DNA from: Callorhinchus milii
Lineage: Eukaryota
DNA length: 51,513 nt
Assembly: GCF_018977255.1 (NCBI RefSeq)
Contig: NW_024705365.1
Coordinates: 1-51,513 of the forward strand
Direction of reading: 5' to 3'
Position 1 is the stretch's first letter. Each line of letters begins with the position of its first letter. Positions 1 to 37,989 of the stretch are shown in pieces. A program made the translations under genes and the position numbers. The notes below the pieces were generated by a model. That model had not been told where the DNA came from. It saw nothing but the letters and a program-made list of their open reading frames with translations, and made no database searches.

Positions 1-429
1 TCTGTACTGTAGTTTAAAATAAGACCAGCCCAAATAAAATCAAACAGATGGTGTCTTGTACATGCGCACCTAGGCTGAGTGTCCCGTGCTGTCCAACACA
101 TTATTGATACATTCTTGATTAAATAAAAAATACTTTAAAGTCATGGGCAGGAGCGTCTTTATGGTACTTTAGTGATGTCACAGTCACGTGGCTATGGTAT
201 GTGTTAATGCAAAGTCAAAGCAACGACAATACTTACCATGATTTGAAGTTTTTGGTTTTGTTTTCGTTATTGAAGCTGTAACCTTTTGTTGAATGGCCAG
301 GGGTGGATTTGGCCAGCCACTTGGCAAGTAACAGTTCAGCCACCCAACCCTGGGTTCATGATTCATATCAAGAATCAGTCCCTATCCTGAACTCGTTTGT
401 CCTGTCTTGGTTGTAGTGTACGTCTCGTT

Positions 430-622
430 TGTTCTATTGATTTTTTTAACTGATGTGTTGATGATGATTGTTTTTGACGGATGCGTTGATCACACATTTT
501 TGACGGATATGTTGATGATTTGGCGCATGGGTTAATGGTAACTTTTTCAACGGATGTGTCGATTTATTATTTTGACGGATGCATTGATGAATATTTTGGA
601 GGTTTTAGGGACGTGTTAACGA
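430..622. repeat. Degenerate ~25-30-bp tandem repeat (TTTTGACGGATGYGTTGAT)
   Basis: Motif recurs about 6 times. Confidence 0.6.
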
Positions 623-742
623 TTTATGTATGCATGTAGAACTTCTTTCGCACCGTACGTAGCCAATCGTGCTCATCGGACAACCAGGTGCGGAAGGACA
701 ACCAACTTAACACACGTTTTGGCTGGTGCGTTGTCATTCCAG

Positions 743-25638
<24,896 letters not shown>

Positions 25639-26754
25639 GGAGGGAGAGGAGGCGCGGGGGAAGCGAGCAGCAGGAACGCAGCAGCGACGGCAACAGAGAT
25701 CGGATGTCAGCTGGCGCATGAGCTCCAGCTCGTGCACGCTCCTACACGCGTGTGTGTGTGTGTCTTCGTTCGCGTGCATGTGTGACAGTGTCGGCGTGTT
25801 GCCTACCCGAGTGTGCTCGTGCGAGTGAATGCGTGGGGTAGAGCTGTCGGAGAGCTACAGTGAGTGGTGAGCATGTTGCGCTGCACACCCAGCAAACCAA
25901 GTTCGATGCCCGGCCAAAGTTCACGTCTGTGACTTAAATGTGAATTGGTCCTAGGCCTCCCCTAGGTCGGCTCGTACATAAATGATTACCCTGGTACGGT
26001 GTGTAAACGTAAGCGCTGTTGACGCAAAGGCGGCAGCTGGAAGCGATGCTGGCCACAACACCCCCTTGTTCGCATTGCCTGTGTATGTTGAACTTATTTC
26101 GCACCGTACATAGGTGCTCGCTAACAGCACTTGCCTTAACAGTCTGTATGGCCATAAGGGGGGGGGGGTATCTGTTTGTGAGTGAGTCGGTTGCTATCCG
26201 TATCGAGCTGCAGAGTGCGAGCGCGTGCGTGCGTTGGGTGAACAGCCGATGGCGGGACACCCACCTCGCCAAAAACCACACACCATCACGGCGCAGCGCC
26301 GGCCTTAATAGGTGCTCGCTAATCTAGCAACTCGTGCCTCACCGGGCCAAATGGAGGCCAAACAAGCGGGGGGGGGGGGGGCAGCATGTCTATGCTTGTA
26401 TGCTCTGACACATGCTTCTCTTACATGTGTGTGTGACAAGTGCAAGCGAGTGTATGGTCACACCAAAAGTATTTCGGGACGCCGACCGTCATGCATGTGC
26501 ACAGTCCTAGTAGGCGATTCACGCCGCCTCGAATCGCCGGCGTGCGTGTCTTGGTGGGCAACCGTGCGGGGCCTCGTGCGGGGCCTCGTGCCCTCCCGCG
26601 GAGCCCCTCGTGATGGCCCGCCGGTGTCGGTGTCTCGATGTCGATGGCGTGGGGTGGGGTGGGGGGCGGCGGTCACGCTCGGTGCACGACCGCGACGACG
26701 TCGAAGCTTTGCGGCCCACCGGGGGTGCAGGAGGGGGGGCCTGCTCGTGAGGCC

Positions 26755-26990
26755 CGCCGACCATGATCCGGGTTGCCCGCCGATTGTGGTCCGGATTGCC
26801 ACCGTGGTTTTGGTTGCCTGCCGTGGTTTGGGTTGCCCGCCGTGGTCCGGGTTGCCCGCCGTGGTTTGGGTTGCCCGCCGTGGTTTGGGTTGCCCGCCGT
26901 GGTTTGGGTTGCCCGCCGTGGTTTGGGTTGCCCGCCGATTGTGGTCCGGGTTGCCCGCCGTGGTTTTGGTTGCCCGCCGCTGGTCTCGAT
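26755..26990. repeat. ~19-bp minisatellite (GGGTTGCCCGCCGTGGTTT)n
   Basis: Direct reading. Confidence 0.9.
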
Positions 26991-27849
26991 TGTGGAAATT
27001 CGAATCAAAAGGTGGCGAAAAACCCTGGGCGCGAGCCCATCGGGGGAGGGGGGGTCTCTCTGCTGCAGTGCCACACACAAAAAATGGGTGGGGAGGGGGC
27101 GTCCGATGCGTTTTGAAAACCTGACGGAGGTCGTTTAAATGCAGTATATACGCACGCGCACACAATGTGCACACGCGTCTACATAGCTACGCAGTGTATT
27201 CATGCAAGCGTATATAACGAATAATGGGGGGGGGTAGGGTTTCTTTTCATTTACTGCTTACGTTTGGGTATTTGTCGTTTTCTAAAAAGCACCAATACGG
27301 TGCCAATCGCACGTTCAGATTTTTTTTATTTTAGTTTGGTGGGGTTGGTGGGATGTTCATGTGAGCGCGTGTATCATTTTTTTTTAAATTCTCAAAACAT
27401 CTCAAGTTTTCATTGTCCTTATACCGTGTATAATTTTTTGTTCGTTTGCCATTGTTTAAGTTCGGGCTGTGTTTTCCCACTCACCGTGAGAGTCATCCCA
27501 TCGGCACCCGATTTGTTGAGTAAGCGCGTGTCCCAGTGACATTGCTGAAGCGAGGCTCTGGAGCTCAGGGGGAGTCTCCAGCTGGAACACGTGGGCAGCA
27601 GCCCCCCCCCTCCCCGTAGGAAACTGTTCAGCTGCCTTATCACGCCCTATCTAGAGTGAGGGGGAGTGTGTGGTGTGTTTGTGTGTGCGCCTGAAGCACA
27701 GGTGGTGCATTTGCAAGTCATCTCAGTCAACCCGTGGCACCTGGGTCTGTCCCGTGACTTCTTGTCAGCGAAACTTTAAAAACTTCAAACGGCTTCAAAG
27801 TGCACCTAGCCTGGCACAAGCACCGCGGTGACGTAACCGCCACTTGTAT

Positions 27850-28130
27850 GGTAGTGGAGCGGTTAGTGCACTGCGATACAAACGCGGTGACCCTAGTTAG
27901 ATTCCTATTGTGGTCAACACCAATGACGATAATCTGAACCGGTCCTGGACCTCCCTAGGTCGACTCGGCCTCAAACGAGTACTTGGCGTGGTGTGTAAAC
28001 ATCGCCACTGGGGTGACAAAGGCGGCCGGGCGTGGTGTTGGCCACTCATCCCCATCATGTGCTGTGCCGGCCTTCATAGGTGCTGCTCACTGACGGCACT
28101 AACCCAAAAGTCTGTTAGGGTCTCTGTCTT
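27850..28130 (+). mobile_element. SINE family B copy (further partial copies at ~14117-14265, 25945-26170, 31625-31780, 33133-33322 and 35342-35540 on -)
   Basis: CCTCCCTAGGTCGACTCGGCC...CACTGGGGTGACAAAGGCGGCCGGG core. Confidence 0.7.
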
Positions 28131-28721
28131 TGCGTGGTAGAGACCTGCCGTGACTCCAAAGTCGGGCACGAAGTGACTTCCAGCCCAGGCTTCCCAGACA
28201 GGAATTGCACGCAACCTTGTGGGAGGACATGTGGTGATAGCCCAGCACCTACTGGTGCAGTAAACATCGTTGGATTCATTCAGGGGTAAGGACACATTTT
28301 CTTCCTGAGTGCCGAATCATCATTGGGGTTTTCTTTCAATATAGTTTCAGCCAATTTCATGAGTGATGAAACAACTGGGAAGAAACCGGAGCACTTTGGA
28401 GGAAACGGACACGCGAGAGGGGGCAACACTCGATCCCCGTACAGGTGGAAACAGATTGCGATTAGTCAATTTGCTGTACCGCCTTCTCTTGGCGAGCCAG
28501 GGTACAGCACCTCCTGGACGCCAACCGGAAGGGAGCTCCACAACATCTGTGCGGTGATCCATCAATCCTCGCTGCTACCTCCACAGAGGCAGCCACGTGC
28601 ATAGCCACCATTGTTACAAACCTGTGCACAGTGTGAGCGAAGCAGTTGGACTATTTGTAGGTGGTGCCTGTTCGTTTGCAAAGGTGCAATTGCATTTTCT
28701 AGTGAGTAATATTCCTGCACG

Positions 28722-28807
28722 CTTTGGTTCTTTCGGTAAAGTCACGTACGTTACCGAAAGAACCAAAGAGTATGGATTCCTGCAGTCACGAAAGCTTCAA
28801 ATCTAGA
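28722..28807. mobile_element. Short Penelope-like insertion, inverted, no hammerhead
   Basis: CTTTGGTTCTTTCGGTAA...TTACCGAAAGAACCAAAG plus tail; imperfect TSD ATATTCCT(G/A)CA. Confidence 0.7.
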
Positions 28808-29439
28808 TTATATTCCTACAATTACAATTATTCAATTCATTAAAAAATAACCCGAATAGCAGGTCCCGTGTCTGCTTGGGGCCTGGCGAATGCCCTCTTC
28901 TGGCCGGTGATGATATTTCACGAATGTCGCTTTTATTTGAGGGCTGCTGCCATCTAGTGGAGAGAAAATATTAAAAGGACTCTGGGGGGACCATGATGCC
29001 ACGCATAATGACTATTCACCAAGCTTCGAACTGACCAAGCTTACAGAATAATATTTTTTGAAGAGTCGGCTCGCTGGAAGATGACGTCCGAAAGAAATGC
29101 ATGGATGTGAAAGGGGTTCAAGGGCTTATCTGACACCCAATAGATGCGTGTAGGAAACGGTTTAACACTTATTGAGGGATACGTGTCAACTCGTACATGC
29201 ATCAATACACTACACGTGCATGCGATAATTGAGTACGGATTCGTTTACAAAAAAAACGTGCAAATATGCGGTTATATTCCAGGCGAACCGAGAGACAACT
29301 CTGCAAACTAAGCAGATAAACCCCAAACACAAATGACAAGAAACAGAACTAACATTGTGAGAATGCATATATACATCGATTCGAGGTGAGGGCACGTGAG
29401 TGACATCGGTGAGAGGGAGGAGTACAATTGCAATAATGA

Positions 29440-29736
29440 TACTGGTAGGAACCGCCAGGTTACACCAGCCCACAGTGGATTATTGTGTCCGTCCGTCGTG
29501 CAGGAAGGGGCTGGGTGGGGAGGGAGGGCTGGGAGGGGAGGGTGGGGCTGGGTGGGGAGGGGCTGGTCACCCGCGGTGCCTTTATGAAACTCAACGTTTA
29601 ACCTACTCACGCCGGCTTGTGCCCGCCCTCACAGTCGGGCATATTTGCGGAATACACCACGCCGCTGTTGACCCTGGCCATTGACCGAGCAACCCAACGT
29701 TCCTACCAGCTCCCTCCGCAGGAATGTGTTTGTTCA
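29440..29736 (+). repeat. Interspersed ~300-bp G-rich element, copy 1
   Basis: Near-identical inverted copy at 33834-34177; internal CTGGTAGGAAC...GTTCCTACCAG inverted pair. Confidence 0.85.
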
Positions 29737-30724
29737 AGTGGTGGCAGAGGCCTCGTGGTCTTGATGAAGGACGTGCGTGCTCCTGCCGATTGGGCCACGG
29801 TCATCCAGACGGTCTGTACGTGTGCACGTTGAACTTCTTTCGCGCCGTACGTAGCCAACCGTTGCAAATCGGAGGTGCGGTTTCGGCCTGTCGTAGTGGC
29901 GGGGAATTACGTCTCATCACACACGCGCATGTCATCGCTACCGTCACGACTGCTACAATTATTGACTTGGTTAAGACTATGGACTGAAGCATGGTTTTAT
30001 TTACCAATTTATCTCCGTTCCAAATACACAATTTAACCGTTGCACGCTGCACACGCCTGATACGTCGCCACGTAACGTAAGCGAACGCCGATTCAAATTG
30101 GAGATACGGGATATAGGCTCGCAAAGTGATTAAATAATCAATTCAATTTTAAAAAGAATAAAATGTATGTAGTGGCATCTAGTGGCTAGATGAGTCACAC
30201 GTAAAGCCATCTCACACATACATGCAAACATACCATTCGAAACGATATCGTTGCTTCTGACACGAGTTTTTCCTATGCATGCATAAATAGACCGGGATGG
30301 ATCGATGGATGCGTCTCCTCGGGGTTGGAAGTCCACTCACGTGGAAGCTTTGACTGCGGTGTCGCAACGCCACCTGCTGCCTCGAGAACGTCATAACATG
30401 CACTTTGGCTTCGCGTGCCTCAACTCCGAATTGTTGGTGGTGGTGGTGGCTGTAGACAATTAAAGTGCACCTAGCATGGCACAAGCTCCGCAGTGACGTC
30501 ACCGCCACGTAGTAGTGGTGAACAGCGGTTGTTGTTGTTGGTTGACAATGACCTCCAACTCTGCTTACACTACACACGGGTATGATGTTGCTTTGACACC
30601 GGGAGCCCTCATCCCACTTACCTTGGTCATTAGGTCGTCTGTATTCGCAAGTGTGTGTTCAGATTTCTCCCGACTAACGCATATTATTTTTGTTCATCAT
30701 TCATTTTGATACTGGAAAAAATGG

Positions 30725-30840
30725 TCCCATACTCTTTGCTTCTTTCGGTAAAGTCACGTAAGTAGAAAAATAACAGATCACGACGTTTCGATCGCAACAC
30801 AAGCAATCGTCATCAGGTGGGACAACCACAGCAAGAAGAC
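30725..30840 (-). mobile_element. Penelope-like fragment with hammerhead
   Basis: TCTTTCGGTAAAGTCACGTA motif followed by hammerhead on - strand. Confidence 0.68.
30779..30819 (-). ncRNA. Minimal type-I hammerhead ribozyme motif, divergent subfamily
   Basis: Reverse complement reads CAC-CUGAUGA-C-GAUUGC-UUGUGUU-GCGAUC-GAAAC-GUC-GUG; stem II fully paired with a different sequence. Confidence 0.8.
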
Positions 30841-32082
30841 ACTGCTGAAGAGATCTGCCGTGGCACGAGGTTGTATAGGACTCGGCAGTAGGGGGGTAGA
30901 GAGAAGTGGGTCCCATACACACAGTGGCTCAACGCGAGCTATTAATGCGTTGACACGTGCATTGCTTTTGTGCTGGCCGCCTTTTAGCGTTCTCTCGTCG
31001 ACAGCTGGCGAGACAACGAAGGCTGTCTCAGGTGTAGACCAATCGGTTTCAAAGGCAATGCATGTGTTCTCAGAGCATGCTCGCATGTTTTGCCACGAGT
31101 ATGTGTGGCTAATGCAGACTCGACGCCTTGCATATAGGTATCTATTTGGTGTTCGAACATCTTAATACCTCCTGATTTATTGCCAGAAAGGCCGAGACTT
31201 TTTTTGTTCTCCCGACTGTCCACGAGTATCATCAATCATCTTTACCGGTATCATTAGACTCGCAATAATGTTGGATCGTGATCATCAGCCCCACCATAAT
31301 CCTTGTCATCGCCACCACCCGCACTATCCACACCACGACCATAATCGCCACCGCCCGCTAGATTCACCATCGTTATTATTAACACGTGTAATGTGAAATT
31401 AACAACACATCTTTTTCTCTATATAATAGAGGGTTTTTGGGGGGTTATATGTTTGGAATCAGTGATTATGTGATAAAAAAGCAATACTTTTGAATGTGGG
31501 TAATGCAGTACAGTAGTTAAAGCTTAATACAAGAGAAATATATTTACGATAAAATATAATCTGAAATAACACGAATATCTAACCGACTGCACTGCAGTGT
31601 ATTGAGATGGGTGTGTATGTACCATTGTGGTGTGTAAACATCAGCACTGGGGAGACAAAGGCGGCCGGGCGTGGTGCTGGCTACCCACCACTTCGTGTAC
31701 CGTGTCGGCCTTAATAGGTGCTCGCTAACAGCACTTGCCTCAAGTCTGTTTAAGGCTAAATGGGTGATCGTTGTCTTTGTAGCAATGTTACTCGGCGTAA
31801 TGACACTGCCTTAGACTTTCTCGCGTTCGCATAGTGGCAGAACTGAAAAAAAAAACAAATGTATCCAAGAAAGCCTCAGTGAGACCCCAAGACTCTTTCG
31901 GGAGTGTGCTGCATTGGGGGAGGGGAGGTTTGACCAGTCCAATTCATTGAGGCGCTCATTTAAACCGGAGTATCCGGAGAAACCCCACCACACACACGAC
32001 GGAGGGGTAATATGGAACGCTCCGCAAAGATCGATTCAGGAATCCATTGCTGTAGCGCCATCTTCTGACCACCTCGTGGCCC

Positions 32083-32195
32083 AAGTCCTACCGCACCTGC
32101 TATTGCCAGGTGGTCTCCCATCCAGTGCCATTCGAGTTCAACCCCGCTTAGCTTCCGAGATCAAATGAAATCAGGTGCATTTGAGTCGTTGGCAG
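32083..32195 (-). pseudogene. Degenerate 5S rRNA-derived sequence (pseudogene or SINE3 head)
   Basis: Reverse complement contains TGATCTCGGAAGCTAAGC and GGATGGGAGACCACCTGG, matching the 5S internal control region; 5' part diverged. Confidence 0.75.
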
Positions 32196-32596
32196 ATGAT
32201 GATTTTAAAAAAAAACCGGCACGATAATTTGTCTCGCCCGGAGCCCCGTGATGTTCTGGGGGGGGGGTCCGTTCCTCGCGTGCTACGCTACGAAGCTACG
32301 TTCATTGAGAGCTGCCTGTCCCGGGTGCGTTTCTCTTGGATGACGCCTTGACTCGTCGTGCGGGACGGTATCTGTCCACATTAAATATTCCGTATCTCAC
32401 TGGTCTTATTTTTGGGCCGCCTATTAATCAATTCGCCGCCCTTGACTTGTCAAGGTGACCGCACAATGAGACCCGTGATCTGTACGTCTTTGCAAAAGGG
32501 CGACGCGCATGAAAGAAATTGTAATAGGGGGCTTTGTAACTTTCAGATCTGGGGGTGGGAGGTACATGAGCCATGACGCCATGGCAAATAAACCTA

Positions 32597-32893
32597 GGGC
32601 GCCACGGTGGCGAGATGTTAACTATCTCGCCTGGAATACAGGAGGTCGTGGTTCAATTCCGACTCTGACGCCTGTATATTTGGGGTTTGCATGTCTCTCT
32701 CCCCCATGGTTGTGTGGATTTTTCTCCAGGGGTCCTCCGGGTTTCCCCTCTACATTTAGAATCCATATACATCTCGAGTATTTGGATGCCATTATTGTCC
32801 ACGTGATATAATCAGAAACTTCGTTGAGCTATCATATGCGGCCAGGTCGCTTCTGAGAAAGAGCTCAGTGGGCCTTACCTGGTGAAATCTAAA
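32597..32893 (+). mobile_element. SINE family A copy
   Basis: Homologous head, core and tail. Confidence 0.75.
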
Positions 32894-33833
32894 CAAAAAC
32901 GTTATAGTTTCGTAAAATATGCTTCAATTGTAAGAGACTTTCCTTGTATGACTCTCATCTGCTTAACATGAAAGGGGTTAATTGACGGTGGCCTACTCTT
33001 GAGAACAGTTTTTTTGTATATCTGCAAGTAGAAAGTTAATGCACCTCGCTCACACGTTCCTATATCCCTTGCGTTTCCCCTCGACCCCTGTAATCACCTC
33101 TTGCTTGCGTAGGTTCAAATCTCGCCCGCGGCTAGCGCCAGTGGCACGGTCTGAGAACGTGCTGTGCGCCTCCCTCCGGCTTAGGTGGATGCTGCCTTCA
33201 ACGAGCAAGTACCTGGTGCTGTGTGTAAACATCCGCACTGGGGAGAAAGACAAAGGCGGCCAGGCGCGCTACTGGCTACACAGCTCTCTCGCCTCGTGTC
33301 AGCGGCCTTAATGTGTGCTCGCAGCTTCCCCACCACACACAGCGGGAGCGTCTGTGAATGTAATGTGGACTGGTCTCTATGGACAGTGTAAGTGGACGGT
33401 TATCACATGAACATGTTTTACTGGGTAGGGATGTACGAGTCCATTGACACGACTCGACCCACGCGTTTATTGTCTTTGCTTACATCGCCTCGTTTGTGCT
33501 ACCTCGTTTATACTCAGGCGATGACAATGGCCAGCGCGTAGCGCGTTGAGTCGCGCGGTGCCTTGCAGAGGTTCAAGGTTAGAATCCAGCGGCCGTCACT
33601 TTATTTTTTTTATCGCGGGTGTATATTAACCAGGAAAAAAATAGGCGAAGTCTGTTTTAGAGTGAACGTTAAAGATCCAGTCACGTCATTCCCAATAGTC
33701 GGCCATTGTGTGCCTGCGCCTTGGTCCAAATTTGGAAGAAAAGAAAAAATGTGCACCGCAAATTATTCACTTGAAATATGCAGTGCATCGCAATCATCAC
33801 CTTCTACGACTGCGAGACTTGACAGACTTCTCC

Positions 33834-34177
33834 TGAACTAACACATTCCTGCGGAGGGAGCTGGTAGGAACGTTGGGTTGCTCGGTCAATGGCCAGGGTC
33901 AACGGCGGTGTGGTGTATTCCGCAAATATGGCCGACTGTGAGGGCGGGCACAAGCCGGCGTGAGTAGGTTAAACGTTGAGTTTTATAAGGGCACCACGGG
34001 GTGACCAGCCCCTCCCGACCCAGCCCCTTCCACCCCCCACCCAGCCCCACCCTCCCCACCAGCCCCTCCCCACCCTCCCCACCCAGCCCTCTCTCCCACC
34101 CAGCCCCTCCATGCACGACGGACGGACCGCACAATAATCCCCTGTGGGCTGGTGGAACCAGTGGGTTCCTACCAGTA
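33834..34177 (-). repeat. Interspersed G-rich element, copy 2 (inverted)
   Basis: Reverse complement of 29440-29736 with a longer GGG-run region. Confidence 0.85.
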
Positions 34178-34431
34178 AAAGAGGTCTTGAGACCCAGTGA
34201 TGCTTTCCTGGGTAAACAAGCGGAATAATCATGTACAGTCTGTCGTCGCATGTCTGTTCTGTCTCGCTTGGACAATATCGTAAATCGCATATAGCAAACC
34301 GAACCCTCTCGTGGCGAGCTGACCTCGACTTTTATATTTGGCGCCGAACGTATTGTCATACGAACGAGTAGAACCGTCTCGCTTGTGTCATCTGCGGTGT
34401 CCGTTCATTCGTACCGCCTGACATCCGGCGT

Positions 34432-34622
34432 CTCGATTTGAAGTTTTCGTGACTGCAAGGGTCCATACTTTTGTTTTTTTCGGTAAAGTCACGTAGGTAA
34501 AAAAAAAAATTAAACCACGACGTTTCGGAGGCAACACAAGCTTCCGTCTTCAGGAGGCACCGTCACAGCAAAGTTACTTTATCAAGTACCTACGTGACTT
34601 TACCGAAAAAAACCCAAAGACT
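34432..34622. mobile_element. Short Penelope-like insertion, inverted, with hammerhead
   Basis: Tail + hammerhead on - strand and inverted TACCTACGTGACTTTACCGAAA; imperfect TSD ATCCG(G/T)CGTC. Confidence 0.72.
34515..34557 (-). ncRNA. Minimal type-I hammerhead ribozyme motif (degenerate)
   Basis: Reverse complement reads CCUC-CUGAAGA-C-GGAAGC-UUGUGUU-GCCUCC-GAAAC-GUC-GUGG; one mismatch each in stems I and II. Confidence 0.68.
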
Positions 34623-34914
34623 ATCCGTCGTCTCCTTTGTACCGATTCGTCGTGGCCCCCGTTCGTTGAACCCATTCCAAAACAAAAAAAAGTAGACGTT
34701 GCCTGCATCTAAGGTTATCGAGTAAGTTCCCCCACTATTCGATGCACGGACGGATCGTGGAGCAAAATAATCGATTGTTTTGTTCCTGGTTCGTGCTTGC
34801 CACTTAGCGCCCCCTCGTGGCAATCATTTACGGGGTGGGGGCTTGGAGGTGTGACGTCACCGACCTGCATTCAGCACCACGGACAGCGGCACGGTCGTCA
34901 CAGCTGAGCAGCGC

Positions 34915-35341
34915 CAGGGCTGAACGATTTGGGGGAAATATCTAATTGCGATTTTTCTGACAGATATTGCGATTTGATTTGCGATTACATTTTTTAAGTC
35001 AAGCTTCAGTTCATATTCACTGTGTAATAGATTTAAAACATGTGATGGAGCATTACCACATGATACCATCAAAATATGAACTGCTCTATATATTCGAATG
35101 CAAGGATGAGAACTTAAAAGATATGAATTGCTTCCAACATGTATTTATTAAAATGTTTTAATTAAATAGAACAATCAAACATAGAACAATTGTTAAATAA
35201 AAAATTATAAAAAATAAAAACAATTCCAACAAGAAAGTAATAGGACTTTTCAAATCGCAAAAAACGCAGCCTTTGCGATTTGCTAATGGCATTGATTCAA
35301 ATTGCGATGTCGATTTGAAATCGATTAATCGTCCAGCCCTA
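34915..35341. mobile_element. Non-autonomous hAT-type MITE
   Basis: TIRs CAGGGCTGAACGATT / AATCGTCCAGCCCTA; 8-bp TSD AGCAGCGC / AGCAGCAC; internal TTGCGAT subterminal repeats. Confidence 0.75.
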
Positions 35342-35737
35342 AGCAGCACCTATGAAGGCTGATACGGCACACGAGGGGGCGGGTGGATGGTGAGTGGCCA
35401 GCACCACCCACGGTCCGCCTTCGTCTCCCCAGCGGCGATGTTTACACACCACACCAGGTACCCATTGGAGGCTGAGTCGGCCTCGGAAGGCCCAGGATTA
35501 GTTTGATAATCGTCACTGGCGTCGGCCCTGTGCAAGAATCGAACTTACGCGCTCACGTGCTCACGTAGTCAGCAATGGACTGGGATTCCATGCAGCCCAC
35601 AGAATGACGCAAACACAATCTATCGTGAAAGTGATATTGAAATAATCTTATCATTAATACTGCATAGTCGCTTACTCTTATCGTGCCCGATTTGCCGAGA
35701 CACAAACAAAAAAACATGCTGTTATTCGTCATGTGCA

Positions 35738-35817
35738 GCCTGTGACCAAATCAAGCGGAATGCGCTCGGTCCCGTCAGATCTCAGGAACCAAGCAGGATG
35801 GAGCCTGGATAGTGTTT
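35738..35817 (+). pseudogene. Highly diverged 5S rRNA-derived fragment (5' two-thirds)
   Basis: GCCTGTGACCA...GATCTCAGGAACCAAGCAGG...GCCTGGATAGTG aligns colinearly with 5S. Confidence 0.55.
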
Positions 35818-36207
35818 TGCGTGACTATGTAGCGGGCAGCAGAGGACAGCGCAGACAAATCAATCGTTGTGCTGCGCTTCTATGCTGCCGCGTCCATGCT
35901 ACTGACCTTCACCGACCCACACTGGCAGCGTGGTGAAGGCTGCCACAGAGATGAGCATCACCCTTCTGTGACGTTTCCACAGGGAGACACACTTGGACTT
36001 GACAGAATTGTATTCATTAAAACATTTTTATTACAATAGCAACTTATAGATTTCGCGTTGTCAGGCCAATGCTGTATGGATTTCCTCCCCCATGTCACTT
36101 AGGCATTGGGTTGGTTTGACCATACTTCACCACGCTGCTCAACGCGGGTCAGTGAAGTTGGTTGAGGGGGGGGCGGCGGAGAGGGGGACTCGGACAAGTT
36201 CAGATAT

Positions 36208-36310
36208 TCATATTCTTTGGTTCTTTCGGTAAAGTCACATAGATAGATGACTTTACCGAAGAAACAAAAAAATGAATTCTTGCAGTCACGAAAGTTTTAA
36301 GTCAAAATTT
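36208..36310. mobile_element. Short Penelope-like insertion, inverted, no hammerhead
   Basis: TSD AAGTTCAGATAT at 36196-36207 and 36311-36322. Confidence 0.72.
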
Positions 36311-37989
36311 AAGTTCAGATATCACACGCCCATGATGGAAGCTGTGGTTGAAAATCGAACTCAGGTCGTCGGGTTCACGGCACAGCGCCCTCCACCCCAC
36401 GCACTGAACAGCTTCATTAATTCCAAACGTCAATGGTTGGACTTCAAAAGCAACTTAACATTCGGTGGGTGAAAATCTCCTGAGTGTCAAATTGTTGAAG
36501 AGTTTAACCTGCACGGCCCATCACTTTGAGGTTTTCATTTCGTCATGTGTTTTTAATTAGCATTTTTGATGAGTGGAGGAGGGGTGCACAGAGGGAAATC
36601 ATTAGCGGATTCTGCGAGTTTATAAATAATGCATTTCCTGATGGATCATCGCGACAAATGTGCGGCTGTGTGTGCGCGGGAATGCATGGGGACCTGTGTT
36701 TACGTACCACGTGGGTCTCGCTCCACAAACCTTCTGAACTCTACACGGACACCATCGTATGCTATTGCAATGTTTGCGTCTTATTGCAATATTGCATTTG
36801 ATGTAATTCAGCACAACTCCAATCCCAGATGTGGCAGCCTCTGATTCCGCTTCAGCGGCTAAATTCCCAGCGCGGTGACGCAAACGACACAACCGATCAC
36901 CGTCTTCGGCTCGTAACGGGCTGCAGCCACCCGCGGCCACCGCCAATTTCTCGCCAAGGTCACGTGGCACGGCAAGACAAAGCCGACCCTCTTCAACATT
37001 GCCCCCCTTTAATAACGCGTCGTCCGTACGCCGGCCAAACCCGTTTTGATATTTGCCCCGCGAGCTCAAGGATCCCGTGGGTCCTTGCGACCCGAAGTTT
37101 CTGGAACGTAAATAAAGGCAGGCCAAAGCTTCTCTCTCTCAATAACCGCAAGCAGACAGACGCTGCCCGCTGACTTTCTCTACCGAGCTCGTAACTGGCG
37201 CTCGGCGCAGACGTAGGAGACCGTGCGTCGCGAGAACGCCGGCTTTACAAAGGTGTTGTCCTGTTTTTTTGGGGCTGAAAAAGCAATAAGTGAAATGCCC
37301 TCGACGTGTTTTTTTTTTCGCGAGCACACATTGTGCAGTCCGCGCTGCAATAAGGTAGCGACTTGGCTGTTGTCTTCAGACAGGGGTTCAACGCAGTGCA
37401 CCGGGAACTTCACTCCACATTGACAGTTTCTCAAGTGAATAGGAATAGAGTTGTGGAGTTTGGTTGGCAGGGCCTCGTTTGTTGCCCGACTAAGTGTGAG
37501 TGTTCGGGCACTCGCCCTGAGTGTGGAAACCCACACACCTACGACGCACACCCACGCCTCGATTTCAGGGCAGGGCCATGCTATATATTTACCAGTTTCC
37601 TTTGTGATGCTGCGTCGGCAGTGGTGCACAAAGCATGAACAACAAAAATAACTCGACATGTTCATCAGGCGGACTGCCTCTCAGTGACTAGGATACAATT
37701 GTAAGGCGACGTTTCAGGCAATGACCCCTTCTCCATAGCACATCAACAGAGAGGACCAGAGACATTGAGTGGATAAGATTCATTGCCATAAACGTCGCCG
37801 GTTGCATCTTTTTTCGTTTTACGTGAAGTTTATTTTGATCTGTTCCACGGGCCGGTACCGTTAGGCCAGTTGCCCGGCTATTTTGCACACGGGAGTTCCG
37901 TTGTAATGCATGAGCTCAGCAGCAACAAATAAGAAACACAGTCAATATTGCAGAGAAGGTGTCTCTCTACTCCTTCTCCTTAAGGCCAC

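Noticed and set aside
26312..27174. 270-aa and 238-aa ORFs
   Set aside because: GC-rich sequence plus the 19-bp minisatellite, probably within or near the calpain 3' UTR.
37480..37530. CPTKCECSGTRPEC resembling an LRRNT cap (VLR-like cassette)
   Set aside because: No following LRR consensus and no GC3 bias; likely chance, though a blastx against VLR cassettes would settle it.
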